64,000 nucleotides of DNA from Caulobacteraceae bacterium (lineage in GTDB: Bacteria > Pseudomonadota > Alphaproteobacteria > Caulobacterales > Caulobacteraceae), in NCBI GenBank assembly GCA_035604135.1, contig DATNJB010000085.1, positions 13,451 through 77,450 on the forward strand, given 5' to 3'. Positions 40,492 to 50,552 of this stretch are shown here, piece by piece (within the stretch, counting starts at the first letter, position 1; each line of letters opens with the position of its first letter). The position numbers and the translations under genes were made by a program. The notes below the pieces were generated by a model. The model searched no databases and had not been told where the DNA came from. It worked only from the letters and a program-made list of their open reading frames with translations.

Positions 40492-41517
40492 ATGGCGCGC
40501 GCGGCGGCTGCCAAGACGAAGACCAAAGCGAAGCCGGCGCCGGGCACGTCCGACAAGGACGAGATGCTTGCCTTCCATCGCCAAATGCTGCTGATCCGCC
40601 GCTTCGAGGAGCGGGCGGGCCAGCTCTATGGCATGGGCCTGATTGGCGGCTTCTGCCACCTTTACATCGGCCAAGAAGCGATCGCCGTCGGCATGCAGGT
40701 GGTGAAGCAGCCAGGCGACCAGATCATCACCGCCTATCGCGCGCACGGCCACATGCTGGCCTGCAGCGTCGATCCGAAGGCGGTGATGTCCGAGCTCACC
40801 GGCCGCGAGCCGGGGGCGTCGAAGGGCAAGGGCGGCTCGATGCACATGTTCGCGCCGAAGAACGACTTCTATGGCGGCCACGGCATTGTCGGCGCGCAGG
40901 TGTCGCTCGGCACCGGCCTTGGCTTTTCCAACCGCTACCGCAAGAACGGCAAGGTCGCCTTTGTCTATTTCGGCGACGGCGCGGCGAACCAGGGCCAGGT
41001 CTATGAGAGCTTCAACATGGCCGAACTCTGGCGGCTGCCGATCGTCTACGTGATCGAGAACAACCAGTACGCCATGGGCACCAGCGTCGAACGCTCGTCG
41101 TCGGAAACGCACCTCTATAGGCGCGGCGCGAGCTTCAACATCCCGGGCGCCGAGGTCGACGGGATGGACGTGACCGCCGTGCGCGACGCCGGCGCCAAGG
41201 CTGCCGAGCATGCCCGCTCCGGCGCCGGACCCTTCATCCTGGAGATGAAGACCTATCGCTACCGCGGCCATTCGATGAGCGATCCGGGCAAGTACCGCAC
41301 GCGCGAGGAGATCGAAGAGGTGCGCCACACCCGCGACCCGATCGACCACCTGCAGGAGCGCCTGATCGCCGCAGGTTACGCCGACGAAGCGGAGCTGAAG
41401 GCGGTCGACGCCGAGATCCGCCGCCGCGTCGCCGACGCCGCCGAGTTCGCCCGCACCGCCCCCGAACCCGACCCAAGCGAGCTCTACACCGACGTTTATG
41501 CGGAGAACGTCGCTTGA
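40492..41517 (+). CDS. pdhA: Pyruvate dehydrogenase E1 alpha
   Basis: [39 protein letters not shown]; alternative start at 40468. Confidence 0.97.
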   Translation: MARAAAAKTKTKAKPAPGTSDKDEMLAFHRQMLLIRRFEERAGQLYGMGLIGGFCHLYIGQEAIAVGMQVVKQPGDQIITAYRAHGHMLACSVDPKAVMSELTGREPGASKGKGGSMHMFAPKNDFYGGHGIVGAQVSLGTGLGFSNRYRKNGKVAFVYFGDGAANQGQVYESFNMAELWRLPIVYVIENNQYAMGTSVERSSSETHLYRRGASFNIPGAEVDGMDVTAVRDAGAKAAEHARSGAGPFILEMKTYRYRGHSMSDPGKYRTREEIEEVRHTRDPIDHLQERLIAAGYADEAELKAVDAEIRRRVADAAEFARTAPEPDPSELYTDVYAENVA

Positions 41518-42941
41518 CCGACGTGCTCATGCCGGCGCTGTCGCCCACGATGGAGGAGGGCACCCTCGCCAAGTGGTTCGTGAAGGCTGGCGATCATGTC
41601 CGGTCGGGCGACGTCATCGCGGAGATCGAGACCGACAAGGCGACCATGGAGGTCGAAGCCGTCGACGAAGGCGAGGTCGCCGAAATCCTGGTCCCTGAGG
41701 GAACTGAAGAGGTCAAGGTCAATACACCGATCGCCCGGCTGAAGGCGGATGGAGAAGCGGCCGCTCCGCGGCAATCCAAGCCGCAGGACGATCTCCAGGA
41801 GCCCCTTCCCCCTCGCGGGCAAGGGGTTGGGGATGGGGGCGCCCGCGCGGACTCGCCAACTCAGGGCTACACCCCTACCCCCAGCCCCTCCCCGCAAGGG
41901 GCAGGGGAAGCGCCAAGACCGTCGGTCGCCGCCGATCCCGACGTCCCCGCCGGGACCAAGCTCGTCCGGCTCTCCGTCCGCGACGCGCTGCGCGACGCGA
42001 TGGCCGAGGAGATGCGGCGGGATCCGAGCGTCTTCCTGATGGGCGAGGAGGTCGCCGAGTATCAGGGCGCCTACAAGGTCAGTCGCGACCTCCTGCGGGA
42101 GTTCGGCCCCGACCGAGTGGTCGACACCCCGATCACCGAGCACGGGTTCACGGGCCTGGGCGTCGGCGCAGCGTTTGCGGGCCTCAGGCCCATTGTCGAG
42201 TTCATGACCTTCAACTTCGCCATGCAGGCCATCGACCAGCTGATCAATTCGGCGGCGAAGACGCGCTACATGTCGGGCGGATTGATGGAGTGCGCGATCG
42301 TCTTCCGCGGCCCGAATGGCGCCGCCGCTCGGGTGGCCGCCCAGCACAGCCAGGACTATTCCAGCTGGTACGCCCACGTGCCGGGGCTGAAGGTTGTGGC
42401 GCCCTACGATTCCGCCGACGCCAAGGGCCTCCTGAAGGCGGCGATCCGCGACCCCAATCCGGTCATTTTCCTCGAAAATGAAATGCTTTACGGCCACGAG
42501 TTCGACGTACCGGACGTCGAGGATTGGATCGTCCCCATTGGCCGCGCGAAGGTGCGCAGGACCGGCGCGGACGTCACGCTGACCGCCCACTCGCGCTTGG
42601 TCGGGTTCGCGCTGGAAGCCGCCGAGGCGCTCGCCAACGAGGGCATCGAGGCGGAGGTGATCGACCTGCGCACGCTTCGTCCGCTCGACGATGCGACGAT
42701 CATCGAGAGCGTGAAGAAGACCAACCGCCTGGTTTCCTGCGAGGAGGGCTGGGGACCGATGGGCGTCGGCGCCGAGGTCGTGGCGCGTGTGATCGAGCAG
42801 GCGTTCGACTGGCTGGATGCGCCGCCGGCGCGGGTGCATCAGGAGGACGCGCCCTTGCCCTACGCCGCCAATCTGGAGGCGCTGTCGCTGCCTTCGGTCG
42901 AGAAGATCGTGCGCGCGGCCAAGGCGGTCTCATACCGATGA
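41514..42941 (+). CDS. pdhB: Pyruvate dehydrogenase E1 beta with N-terminal lipoyl domain
   Basis: [10 protein letters not shown] lipoyl motif; [24 protein letters not shown]. Confidence 0.97.
   Translation: MTDVLMPALSPTMEEGTLAKWFVKAGDHVRSGDVIAEIETDKATMEVEAVDEGEVAEILVPEGTEEVKVNTPIARLKADGEAAAPRQSKPQDDLQEPLPPRGQGVGDGGARADSPTQGYTPTPSPSPQGAGEAPRPSVAADPDVPAGTKLVRLSVRDALRDAMAEEMRRDPSVFLMGEEVAEYQGAYKVSRDLLREFGPDRVVDTPITEHGFTGLGVGAAFAGLRPIVEFMTFNFAMQAIDQLINSAAKTRYMSGGLMECAIVFRGPNGAAARVAAQHSQDYSSWYAHVPGLKVVAPYDSADAKGLLKAAIRDPNPVIFLENEMLYGHEFDVPDVEDWIVPIGRAKVRRTGADVTLTAHSRLVGFALEAAEALANEGIEAEVIDLRTLRPLDDATIIESVKKTNRLVSCEEGWGPMGVGAEVVARVIEQAFDWLDAPPARVHQEDAPLPYAANLEALSLPSVEKIVRAAKAVSYR
41803..41910. 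repeat. CIR-like palindromic repeat inserted in frame in the pdhB linker
   Basis: Left cccttccccctcgcgggcaaggggttggggatgggg; right cccctacccccagcccctccccgcaaggggcaggggaag; central GACTC at 41850. Confidence 0.75.
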
Positions 42942-43342
42942 GCGGCGATGTCTGGCGGAGCGGCGGGTGCCACTGCGGGGCGGTGCGCTTCGAGGTCTCG
43001 TTGCCCGACGCCGTCGTGGCGCAGAGCTGCAACTGCTCGATCTGCGAACGCACCGGCTTCGTCCACATCATCACGCCCGAGAGCCGCTTTCGGCTGATGA
43101 AGGGCGCCGAGGCGCTGAGCAGCTACCGGTTCAACACGGGCGTCGCCGATCATCTGTTCTGTTCGATCTGCGGCATCAAGAGCTTCTACCGCCCGCGCTC
43201 GAACCCCGACGGCTGGTCGGTGAACGCCCGCTGCCTTGACGACGCCGACGCGCTCGACATCCAGATCGAGCCGTTCGACGGGCGGAACTGGGAGGCGCAT
43301 GCGGCCTCGCTCGCGCACCTCAGCCGAGACGAACCCTCATGA
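42938..43342 (+). CDS. GFA family protein
   Basis: [34 protein letters not shown]. Confidence 0.9.
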   Translation: MSGDVWRSGGCHCGAVRFEVSLPDAVVAQSCNCSICERTGFVHIITPESRFRLMKGAEALSSYRFNTGVADHLFCSICGIKSFYRPRSNPDGWSVNARCLDDADALDIQIEPFDGRNWEAHAASLAHLSRDEPS

Positions 43343-43752
43343 CCGCCTACGAGGGCCGCTGCCACTGCGGCGCGGTCAGCGCCCGCTTCGAGACGCAGAT
43401 CGCGCCCGAAGCGATCGACGTCCGCGCCGATCAATGCAGCTTCTGCCGCCGCAACGGGGCCAAGACGGTCAGCGACCCGGCCGGCACGCTCATGCTCAGC
43501 TTCCGTGAGAGGGGCGTCGAGCGCTATCGCTTCGGGACGCGCAGCTCCGATTTTATCATTTGCCGCCGGTGCGGGAGCTTCATGGCCGCGATCATCGACG
43601 GCTATGGCGTGCTGAATGTCGTTGGCGCCGGCATCGGCGCCCTGGCCGAGCGCCCGGCGCGCCCGGTGGACTACGACGGCGAGACGCCCGAAAGCCGCGC
43701 CGAACGGCGGCGCCAGCGCTGGACGCCCCTGGTCCTCGAGGTGGCCGCATGA
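43339..43752 (+). CDS. GFA family protein (divergent second copy)
   Basis: [27 protein letters not shown]. Confidence 0.85.
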   Translation: MTAYEGRCHCGAVSARFETQIAPEAIDVRADQCSFCRRNGAKTVSDPAGTLMLSFRERGVERYRFGTRSSDFIICRRCGSFMAAIIDGYGVLNVVGAGIGALAERPARPVDYDGETPESRAERRRQRWTPLVLEVAA

Positions 43753-45101
43753 CCGAGGTGCTCATGCCGGCGCTATCGCCGACGATGGAGGAGGGGACCC
43801 TCGCCAAGTGGTTCATCAAACCCGGCGACACGGTCCGCTCAGGCGACGTCATCGCCGAGATCGAGACCGACAAGGCAACCATGGAGGTCGAAGCCGTCGA
43901 CGAGGGCGAAGTCGCCGAGATCCTGGTCCCGGAGGGCACGGAAGAGGTCAAGGTCAACACCCCCATCGCGCGATTGAAGGGGGAGGGGGACGCGGTGGCC
44001 CCGGCGGCGCCGACAAAGGCACAAGGTGAACCGGCTTCAGAGAGCTCTTCTGCCGATGCCGGAGAAGCCAACCCCGGTAGCGGGCCGGATGGCGGGCCGC
44101 TCAGAGACGTCGGGTCGGCGGCCGCCAATCAAGCGCTCGAAGCGAGCGCGACCCCGCATCCGTCGGCGTTGCCGCCACCTTCTCTCGCAAGGGGAGAAGC
44201 GACCCGTGTGTTTGCGTCGCCGTTGGCCCGTCGGTTAGCGCAGCAGGCCGGCGTCGATCTGGCGCGCATCCAAGGGTCCGGTCCGCATGGGCGGATCATC
44301 AAGCGTGACGTGGAAGAACTGGCGGTCCGGCCCGCACTGGCGGGGACGGCGGCCGAGGCGAAAGCGCCCCATCGCCAGGTCCTCTCGCTCGAACAGATGG
44401 GCATACCGGCGGGCTCCTACGGCCTTGTCCCGCTAAACGGGATGAAGAAGACGATCGCGCGGCGGATGACCGAGAGCTTCCGCGATGTCCCGCACTTTCC
44501 CTTGAGCATCGACCTCGAAATCGACCGTCTGCTCGAGGCGAGAACGCGCATCAACGCCATGCTTGAGGGCGAAGGCGTCAAGGTCAGCGTCAACGACCTC
44601 GTCATCAAGGCAGCGGCGCTGGCGCTGAAGCGCGTGCCGGAGGCGAACGCCTCCTACACGCCGGATGGCATCGCCTTCCACCACCACGCCGACGTCGCCA
44701 TGGCGGTCGCTGTCGAGGGTGGGTTGATCACCCCTATCATCCGCGCCGCCGAGACCAAAGGCTTGACCGCGATCGCCAAGGAAACCAAGGACCTGGCGGA
44801 GCGTGCTCGCACGCGCAAGCTGAAGCCGGAAGAGTTTCTGGGCGGCACCTTCTCGGTCTCAAACCTCGGCATGTTCGGCATCAAGAGCTTCGCTTCGATC
44901 ATCAACGAGCCGCAAGGCGCGATCCTGAGCGTCGGCGCTGGCGAAAAGCGCCCAGTCGCGCGCGGCGATCAGCTCGCCGTCGCAACCGTTATGAGCGTCA
45001 CGCTGACCTGCGACCACCGGGTCGTCGACGGCGCGATCGGCGCGCGCTTCCTTGCCGCCTTCAAGGCGATGATCGAGGAACCCGTCACTATGATCGTCTA
45101 G
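43749..45101 (+). CDS. pdhC: Dihydrolipoamide acetyltransferase E2
   Basis: Lipoyl [42 protein letters not shown]. Confidence 0.97.
   Translation: MTEVLMPALSPTMEEGTLAKWFIKPGDTVRSGDVIAEIETDKATMEVEAVDEGEVAEILVPEGTEEVKVNTPIARLKGEGDAVAPAAPTKAQGEPASESSSADAGEANPGSGPDGGPLRDVGSAAANQALEASATPHPSALPPPSLARGEATRVFASPLARRLAQQAGVDLARIQGSGPHGRIIKRDVEELAVRPALAGTAAEAKAPHRQVLSLEQMGIPAGSYGLVPLNGMKKTIARRMTESFRDVPHFPLSIDLEIDRLLEARTRINAMLEGEGVKVSVNDLVIKAAALALKRVPEANASYTPDGIAFHHHADVAMAVAVEGGLITPIIRAAETKGLTAIAKETKDLAERARTRKLKPEEFLGGTFSVSNLGMFGIKSFASIINEPQGAILSVGAGEKRPVARGDQLAVATVMSVTLTCDHRVVDGAIGARFLAAFKAMIEEPVTMIV
44047..44199. repeat. CIR-like palindromic repeat (decayed left arm) inserted in frame in the pdhC linker
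   Basis: Right arm ccccgcatccgtcggcgttgccgccaccttctctcgcaaggggagaag; degenerate left arm cttctgccgatgccggagaag...ccggatggcggg. Confidence 0.65.
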
Positions 45102-45108
45102 GGGACTC

Positions 45109-45585
45109 ATGAGCGTCTATGACTTCGAAGCCGAAACGCTGGACGGGAAGCCGGCGCCGTTGGCCAAGCACCGCGGCGAGGTCCTTCTCATCGTCAATAC
45201 CGCCAGCAAGTGCGGGTTCACGCCGCAGTACGAGGGACTGGAGGCGCTCTATCGCCGCTTCAAGGATCGCGGCTTCACGATCCTGGGCTTCCCCTGCAAC
45301 CAGTTCGGCGCCCAGGAGCCAGGCGATGCGGCGCAGATCGCCAACTTGTGCTCGCTGACCTACGACGTTAGCTTCCCGCTGCTGGCCAAGATCGACGTCA
45401 ACGGCGCGCGGGCGCACCCGCTCTACGCCTATCTGAAGAAGCAACAGAAGGGCGTGCTCGGCTCAGAAGGGATCAAATGGCACTTCACCAAGTTCCTCAT
45501 CGACAGAGAGGGGCGGGTCGTGCGCCGGTTCGCCCCTGTTGACACGCCCGAGAAGATCGCAGGGGCGGTTGAAGCCCTGCTCTAA
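45109..45585 (+). CDS. Glutathione peroxidase family protein
   Basis: VNTASKCGFTPQY, GFPCNQFG.QEPG, KWHFTKFL. Confidence 0.93.
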   Translation: MSVYDFEAETLDGKPAPLAKHRGEVLLIVNTASKCGFTPQYEGLEALYRRFKDRGFTILGFPCNQFGAQEPGDAAQIANLCSLTYDVSFPLLAKIDVNGARAHPLYAYLKKQQKGVLGSEGIKWHFTKFLIDREGRVVRRFAPVDTPEKIAGAVEALL

Positions 45586-46991
45586 TGGCCGATCCCTTCG
45601 ACTTGGTGGTGATCGGCTCCGGGCCGGGCGGTTACGTCGCGGCGATCCGGGCAAGCCAGCTCGGCATGAAGACGGCGATCGTCGAGCGTGAGGCGCTGGG
45701 CGGGGTGTGCCTGAACTGGGGCTGCATCCCGACCAAGGCGCTGCTCAAATCCGGCGAGCTCTACGAGACTCTCGGCCATCTGGGGGACTACGGCCTTTCG
45801 GCCAAGGACCGCGGCTATGACTTCGCCTCGGTCATCGAACGCTCGCGCAAGGTCGCCAAGCAGCTCTCCGCCGGCGTCGCGTTCTTGATGCGCAAGCACA
45901 AGATCGAGGTCGTCGACGGGGCCGCGCGGCTGGAGAAAGGTGGCGCGGTCCCCAAAGTCGTTGTCGCGCTCAAGGACGGCAAGTCGAGGGTGCTCGAGGC
46001 CAAGGCGGTGATCCTCGCCACCGGGGCGCGGGCGCGCACCATCCCGGCGCTCGGCCTTGAGCCCGACGGGGAGCGCATCTGGACCTACCGCGAGGCGATG
46101 GTCCCGAAAGCCGCGCCAAAGTCCCTGGTGGTGATCGGCTCCGGCGCCATCGGAATCGAATTCGCCAGTTTTTACAGGGCGCTGGGCGCTGATGTTACCG
46201 TTGTGGAGGCGCTCGACCGCATCCTGCCGGTCGAGGACGAGGAGGTGTCTACAGCCGCCCGCAAGGCATTCGAGCGGCGCGGGCTCAAATTCCACGTCGC
46301 GGCGAGCGTCTCCAAGCTAGCGAAGACAAGGACCGGCGTCTCCGTTGCTTTCGAGGTAGGCGGCAAGGCGCAGACGATCGACGCCGACGCCGCGATCGTC
46401 GCCGTCGGCATCGCCGGCAATGTCGAGGATCTGGGGCTCGAAACGCTGGGCGTGACGGTCCAGCGCGGCCACGTTGTCGTCGACGCGGACGGTGCGACAA
46501 ACGTCGCTGGCCTCTATGCGATCGGCGACGTGGTCGGCCCGCCCTGGCTGGCGCACAAGGCGAGCCACGAGGGCGTGTACTGCGTGGAGCACATCGCCGG
46601 CCTCGCCCCGGACAACCTTGCCGCGCCGATCCCCGGCTGCACCTATTCCGACCCGCAGATCGCCTCGGTTGGCCTGACCGAAGCCCAGGCGGCGGCGGGC
46701 GGGCGCGACGTCAAGGTTGGCCGTTTCCCGTTCCGCGCCAACGGCAAGTCCATCGCCGCCGGCGAGACAGAGGGGTTCGTCAAGGCTGTGTTCGACGCCA
46801 AGACCGGGGCTCTGATTGGCGCGCACATGATCGGCGCCGAGGTCACCGAGATGATCCAGGGGTTTGCGCTCGCGATGACGCTGGAAGCCACCGAAGCGGA
46901 GCTGATCGCCACCGTCTTCCCGCATCCGACCATGAGCGAAGCCATGCATGAGGCGGCGCTGGACGCCTTCGGGCGCGTCCTGCACATCTGA
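45585..46991 (+). CDS. lpdA: Dihydrolipoamide dehydrogenase
   Basis: GSGPGGY, GGVCLNWGCIPTKALL, FPHPTMSE. Confidence 0.97.
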   Translation: MADPFDLVVIGSGPGGYVAAIRASQLGMKTAIVEREALGGVCLNWGCIPTKALLKSGELYETLGHLGDYGLSAKDRGYDFASVIERSRKVAKQLSAGVAFLMRKHKIEVVDGAARLEKGGAVPKVVVALKDGKSRVLEAKAVILATGARARTIPALGLEPDGERIWTYREAMVPKAAPKSLVVIGSGAIGIEFASFYRALGADVTVVEALDRILPVEDEEVSTAARKAFERRGLKFHVAASVSKLAKTRTGVSVAFEVGGKAQTIDADAAIVAVGIAGNVEDLGLETLGVTVQRGHVVVDADGATNVAGLYAIGDVVGPPWLAHKASHEGVYCVEHIAGLAPDNLAAPIPGCTYSDPQIASVGLTEAQAAAGGRDVKVGRFPFRANGKSIAAGETEGFVKAVFDAKTGALIGAHMIGAEVTEMIQGFALAMTLEATEAELIATVFPHPTMSEAMHEAALDAFGRVLHI

Positions 46992-46998
46992 CGCCGCG

Positions 46999-47541
46999 AT
47001 GGCCCGGCTGATCCTGATCCGTCACTGCGAATCCAGCGGGCAGGCGCCGGACGCGCCGTTGACCGATGCGGGAAGCCGCGCCGCGCAGGTCCTCGCCGAT
47101 CGGCTGACCTTGCTCGCCCCGGACGCCGTCTATTCGAGCCCCTACCGGCGCGCGCGAAGCACTGTTGCGCCGTTCGCCGAGCGGGCGGGGCTCCCCATCG
47201 TGGAGGACTCTCGCCTGCATGAGCGGATCTTGGCCGCCACGCCGCTGGACGACTGGTTGGAGCACATCCGCCGCTCCTACGCGGACGTCGACCATCGCGC
47301 CGGCGCGGGCGGGGAGACGCTACGCGAGGTCGAGGCTCGCGGCAGCGCGGCCCTGGCCGTCATCGCCGCCGCCGGGCACGCCCTGCCGCTCGCCGTCAGC
47401 CACGGCAACCTTATCTCCGCCATCCTGCGCGCCGCTGATCCATCCTTTGGGTTCGAAGGCTGGCGTGCGCTGAGGAACCCCGATCTGTTCGAGATCACCA
47501 TGCGCGATGGGCGGCCGGTCTCGTTCGTGCGGATTGAGTAG
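46999..47541 (+). CDS. Histidine phosphatase family protein
   Basis: LIRHCES, SSPYRRA..T, RLHE, VSHG motifs. Confidence 0.85.
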   Translation: MARLILIRHCESSGQAPDAPLTDAGSRAAQVLADRLTLLAPDAVYSSPYRRARSTVAPFAERAGLPIVEDSRLHERILAATPLDDWLEHIRRSYADVDHRAGAGGETLREVEARGSAALAVIAAAGHALPLAVSHGNLISAILRAADPSFGFEGWRALRNPDLFEITMRDGRPVSFVRIE

Positions 47542-47547
47542 GCGCAG

Positions 47548-48468
47548 TCAGAAGGCGCGGCTCAGCACCACCTTGAGCAGCTCACGCGCGATGAGCTGGT
47601 CGCCGTTGTTGTGGATGTAGAGCGGGAACTCGACGTCGCCGTACAGTTTCCAAGCTCCCCTCGTCACCTGAACGCCGGGCGAGAGTAGAATTCGGTTGTA
47701 GCCGCTATTGCCGGTGTTGGCGTTGACGCCGCTGTCCCGGTTGCGCGTCGAGGCGACCACCTGCAACAGCGGCGCGATGACGGTCTTGCCGTCGTCGACA
47801 GACAAGCCGTTGTAGGTGACGCCCGCCGCGCCATCGAGCTCCTGGCCAGGCCGATACCCGCCCTGCGCCGCGACCGGAACATCCCAGAGCACATGGGCGA
47901 AGTAGCCCCAGTCGCCAGCTCTCCCGATCGTTCCGGTATGATAGCCGCCGATGAGCAAATTCGTGCTGCCCGTGCCGATCGACGTGTCGCGGTCGAAGTT
48001 GGGGTAGCGCCAATCGCCGGTCGGCAGCTTCACGCCGAAGATCAAGCCGGTGGACATGTCCTTCGACAGGCCGGTGTAGACCCCCATCAGCCGGATATCG
48101 CCGAGCGCGGCGTGGTTGAAGGTGTCGACCGCGGTTCCCGCGTCGTTCTCAGTGCGGAACGTGCGGTCCCAGACCGGAACCTGCACGATCACGCCCCAGT
48201 TGGCGTTGAACGTGTAGGTCACGCCTGCGGTGAAGAAGTTGGTCCTGATCTCCTTGTCGGAGTTGGCGGAAGCCGGCGCTGCCTTGGTGCTCGCCCAGTT
48301 CTGGTTCTGGTCCATGTAGTTGTATTCGAAGAAGACCTCGCCGCCGCCCATCGGCGGCAGCATCTGGTCGCCGCCGACGTCGAAGACGTCGCAGCCGCAG
48401 GCGCAGGCGAGCGCGCTCGCCGGCAGCAAAAGGGCCGCCGCAAAGGCGGTTGTGAGTAAGACTTTCAT
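47548..48468 (-). CDS. Outer-membrane beta-barrel protein with N-terminal CACGC motif
   Basis: Signal peptide ending ALA, then CACGC; alternating beta-strand pattern, LGDIRL, GVKLPTGD, C-terminal Phe. Confidence 0.7.
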   Translation of the reverse strand: MKVLLTTAFAAALLLPASALACACGCDVFDVGGDQMLPPMGGGEVFFEYNYMDQNQNWASTKAAPASANSDKEIRTNFFTAGVTYTFNANWGVIVQVPVWDRTFRTENDAGTAVDTFNHAALGDIRLMGVYTGLSKDMSTGLIFGVKLPTGDWRYPNFDRDTSIGTGSTNLLIGGYHTGTIGRAGDWGYFAHVLWDVPVAAQGGYRPGQELDGAAGVTYNGLSVDDGKTVIAPLLQVVASTRNRDSGVNANTGNSGYNRILLSPGVQVTRGAWKLYGDVEFPLYIHNNGDQLIARELLKVVLSRAF

Positions 48469-48540
48469 ACTTCGTCCGTTGATTCGAGGTCGCGCGCATG
48501 GGCGCGGGCGGGCGCGAGCGCGCGGGCGCTCAGCGAAGGG

Positions 48541-48936
48541 TCAGATGAGGTGGGTCGGCGGCGCCTGGGACGGCGGCGGCGGCGCGGCGAGGCCGTGGCC
48601 GGGGGTGACGGCGGAGAACCTCGCCGCCGGCGCGGCGAAGCTTTCGAAGCGGACGGGCGCGACGCCGAGCGGTGCTGAGGCAACCGGCGTCGCGCCATGG
48701 CCGGCGAACGGGCACATCGGCGCGGGCTTGCCTTTCGGCGCCGGGGCCGGCGCGCCGCGCGGATCGACTTGCGCCAGAAACGGCCCGTGGCCAGTGCAGA
48801 TGACGATCGCTGGCCCGGCCGCCGCCGACGCGACCATGAAGCCGGGGGGAACCGCGAGCTGGAAGATCAGGGCGATGAGGGCGAGCGCGCTCAGCGCAGC
48901 TCTTCCTTCGCCATGCCTGGAGCCAGCCCGCGCCAT
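48541..48936 (-). CDS. DUF2946 family protein (candidate regulatory uORF)
   Basis: N-terminal TM, VICTGHG, MCPFAGH, C-terminal PPPPSQAPP; GAGGAGG RBS. Confidence 0.75.
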   Translation of the reverse strand: MARAGSRHGEGRAALSALALIALIFQLAVPPGFMVASAAAGPAIVICTGHGPFLAQVDPRGAPAPAPKGKPAPMCPFAGHGATPVASAPLGVAPVRFESFAAPAARFSAVTPGHGLAAPPPPSQAPPTHLI

Positions 48937-48998
48937 TTGCGCCTCCTCTACCAGGAGTCGACGAACGGAGCGCCCGATTTGTTCCCGGTGACGCGCGT

Positions 48999-50552
48999 TC
49001 AGGCCGCCTTGGCTTCGCTCTCGGCGATGCGCTGGATGGCGACGTAGTCGGTCTTGCCCGTGCCCAGCACGGGCACCTCGGGCGCGCGGACGATGCGACT
49101 CGGAACCAGCAGCTCGGGGGCGCCGATCTCGCGCGCGTGGGCGATCAGCGTCGTCATCTGCGCATCGAGGCGGTCAGTGACCAGCACGAGCTTTTCGCCC
49201 TTGCGCGCGTCCGGCACGGCGATGACGGCGTGGCGCGCGCCGGGCCAGGTGCCGGACGCCAGGTTCTCGGCCGCGGTCAGCGACACCATTTCGCCGGCGA
49301 TCTTGGCGAAGCGTTTGACCCGTCCATGGATGCGGATCCAACCGTCCTCGTCGATGGTGACGATGTCGCCGGTGTCGTGCCAGCCGTCCTTCGGCGGCAT
49401 CAGCGCGCCGTGCTCGTCGAGGTAGCCCGACATGACGTTCGGTCCGCGAACGAACAGCTGGCCGCCCTCGGCGATGCCCTCGACGGGGTCGATCCGCGTT
49501 TCCATGCCCGGCACGAGGTCGCCGACGGTGCCCCGCCGGTTGTCCTCAGGCCGGTTGACGGCGATTACCGGCGCAGCCTCGGTCGCGCCATAGCCCTCCA
49601 CCAGCGGCACACCCCCGAAGCGGCTCGCGATCAGGTCGTGGGTCTCCTCGCGCACCCGCTCCGCGCCGCAGACGACGAACTTGAGCCCTGACAAGTCGCC
49701 GGGCTCGGCCTGCCGCGCGTACTGGTTCACGAAGGTGTCGGTGGCGAGAAGGATCGAAGCCTTGGTGTCGCGCACCAGCGGCGGGATCTGCTTCACATGC
49801 AGCGGCGAAGGGTATTGGAACGCCCTCATGCCGGTCAGGATCGGCAGCAGCACGCCGCCGGTCAGGCCGAAGCAGTGGAAGATAGGCAGCGGGTTGAACA
49901 TCACCCAGTCCGGGTCGAGTGCGATGTGAGCGGCGATCTGCTCGACGTTGGCGACCAGGTTGCCCTGGCTCAGCACCACCCCCTTCGGCGCGCCGAAACT
50001 ACCGGAGGTGAAAAGGATGACGCCCGGGTCTGACGGGCTCGCCGGGGCGCGGAAGGTGCGCGGCATGGCGCCCGCCAAAGCGGCGAACGCGCGGTCGACC
50101 AGGCCGACCGTTGCGCGCACGTCCTCGAGATAGGTGATCGCGTGGTCGGCGGAGAGCGCGTCGATCACGTCGTCGAGCTTGGCCTGGTCGACGAAGCGAT
50201 GGGCGGTGAGGATGCGCTTGACCCCGGCGGCGGCGCAGGCCGCCTTCAGATTGCGGATGCCGGCCGTGAAGTTGAGCATCACCGGGATGCGCCCGAAGGC
50301 ATAGAGAGCAAAGAGCGTGACCACGCCGGCCGAGCTCGACGGCAGCATGACGCCCACCCGCTCGCCCTTGTCGGTCATGGCCGCGATCTTGCGCCCAAGC
50401 GCGAAAGCGGCGCGGATCAGGTCGGTGTAGGTGAGGGGATTGCGCTCCTGGTCCTCAAGGATCGGCTTCTTGCGGCCATGGGCGTCGCGCGCATCGACAA
50501 GCGCGTCGAACACCGCCCGGTTTCCGGCCTTGGGGTCGTAGGCGCGCGGCAT
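48999..50552 (-). CDS. Stand-alone Aas-type acyl-ACP synthetase (AMP-binding) domain
   Basis: FTSGSFGAPKGV, LPIFHCFGLT, EGYGATE, WHDTGD, RFAKIAGEMVSL, GTGKTDY. Confidence 0.88.
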   Translation of the reverse strand: MPRAYDPKAGNRAVFDALVDARDAHGRKKPILEDQERNPLTYTDLIRAAFALGRKIAAMTDKGERVGVMLPSSSAGVVTLFALYAFGRIPVMLNFTAGIRNLKAACAAAGVKRILTAHRFVDQAKLDDVIDALSADHAITYLEDVRATVGLVDRAFAALAGAMPRTFRAPASPSDPGVILFTSGSFGAPKGVVLSQGNLVANVEQIAAHIALDPDWVMFNPLPIFHCFGLTGGVLLPILTGMRAFQYPSPLHVKQIPPLVRDTKASILLATDTFVNQYARQAEPGDLSGLKFVVCGAERVREETHDLIASRFGGVPLVEGYGATEAAPVIAVNRPEDNRRGTVGDLVPGMETRIDPVEGIAEGGQLFVRGPNVMSGYLDEHGALMPPKDGWHDTGDIVTIDEDGWIRIHGRVKRFAKIAGEMVSLTAAENLASGTWPGARHAVIAVPDARKGEKLVLVTDRLDAQMTTLIAHAREIGAPELLVPSRIVRAPEVPVLGTGKTDYVAIQRIAESEAKAA

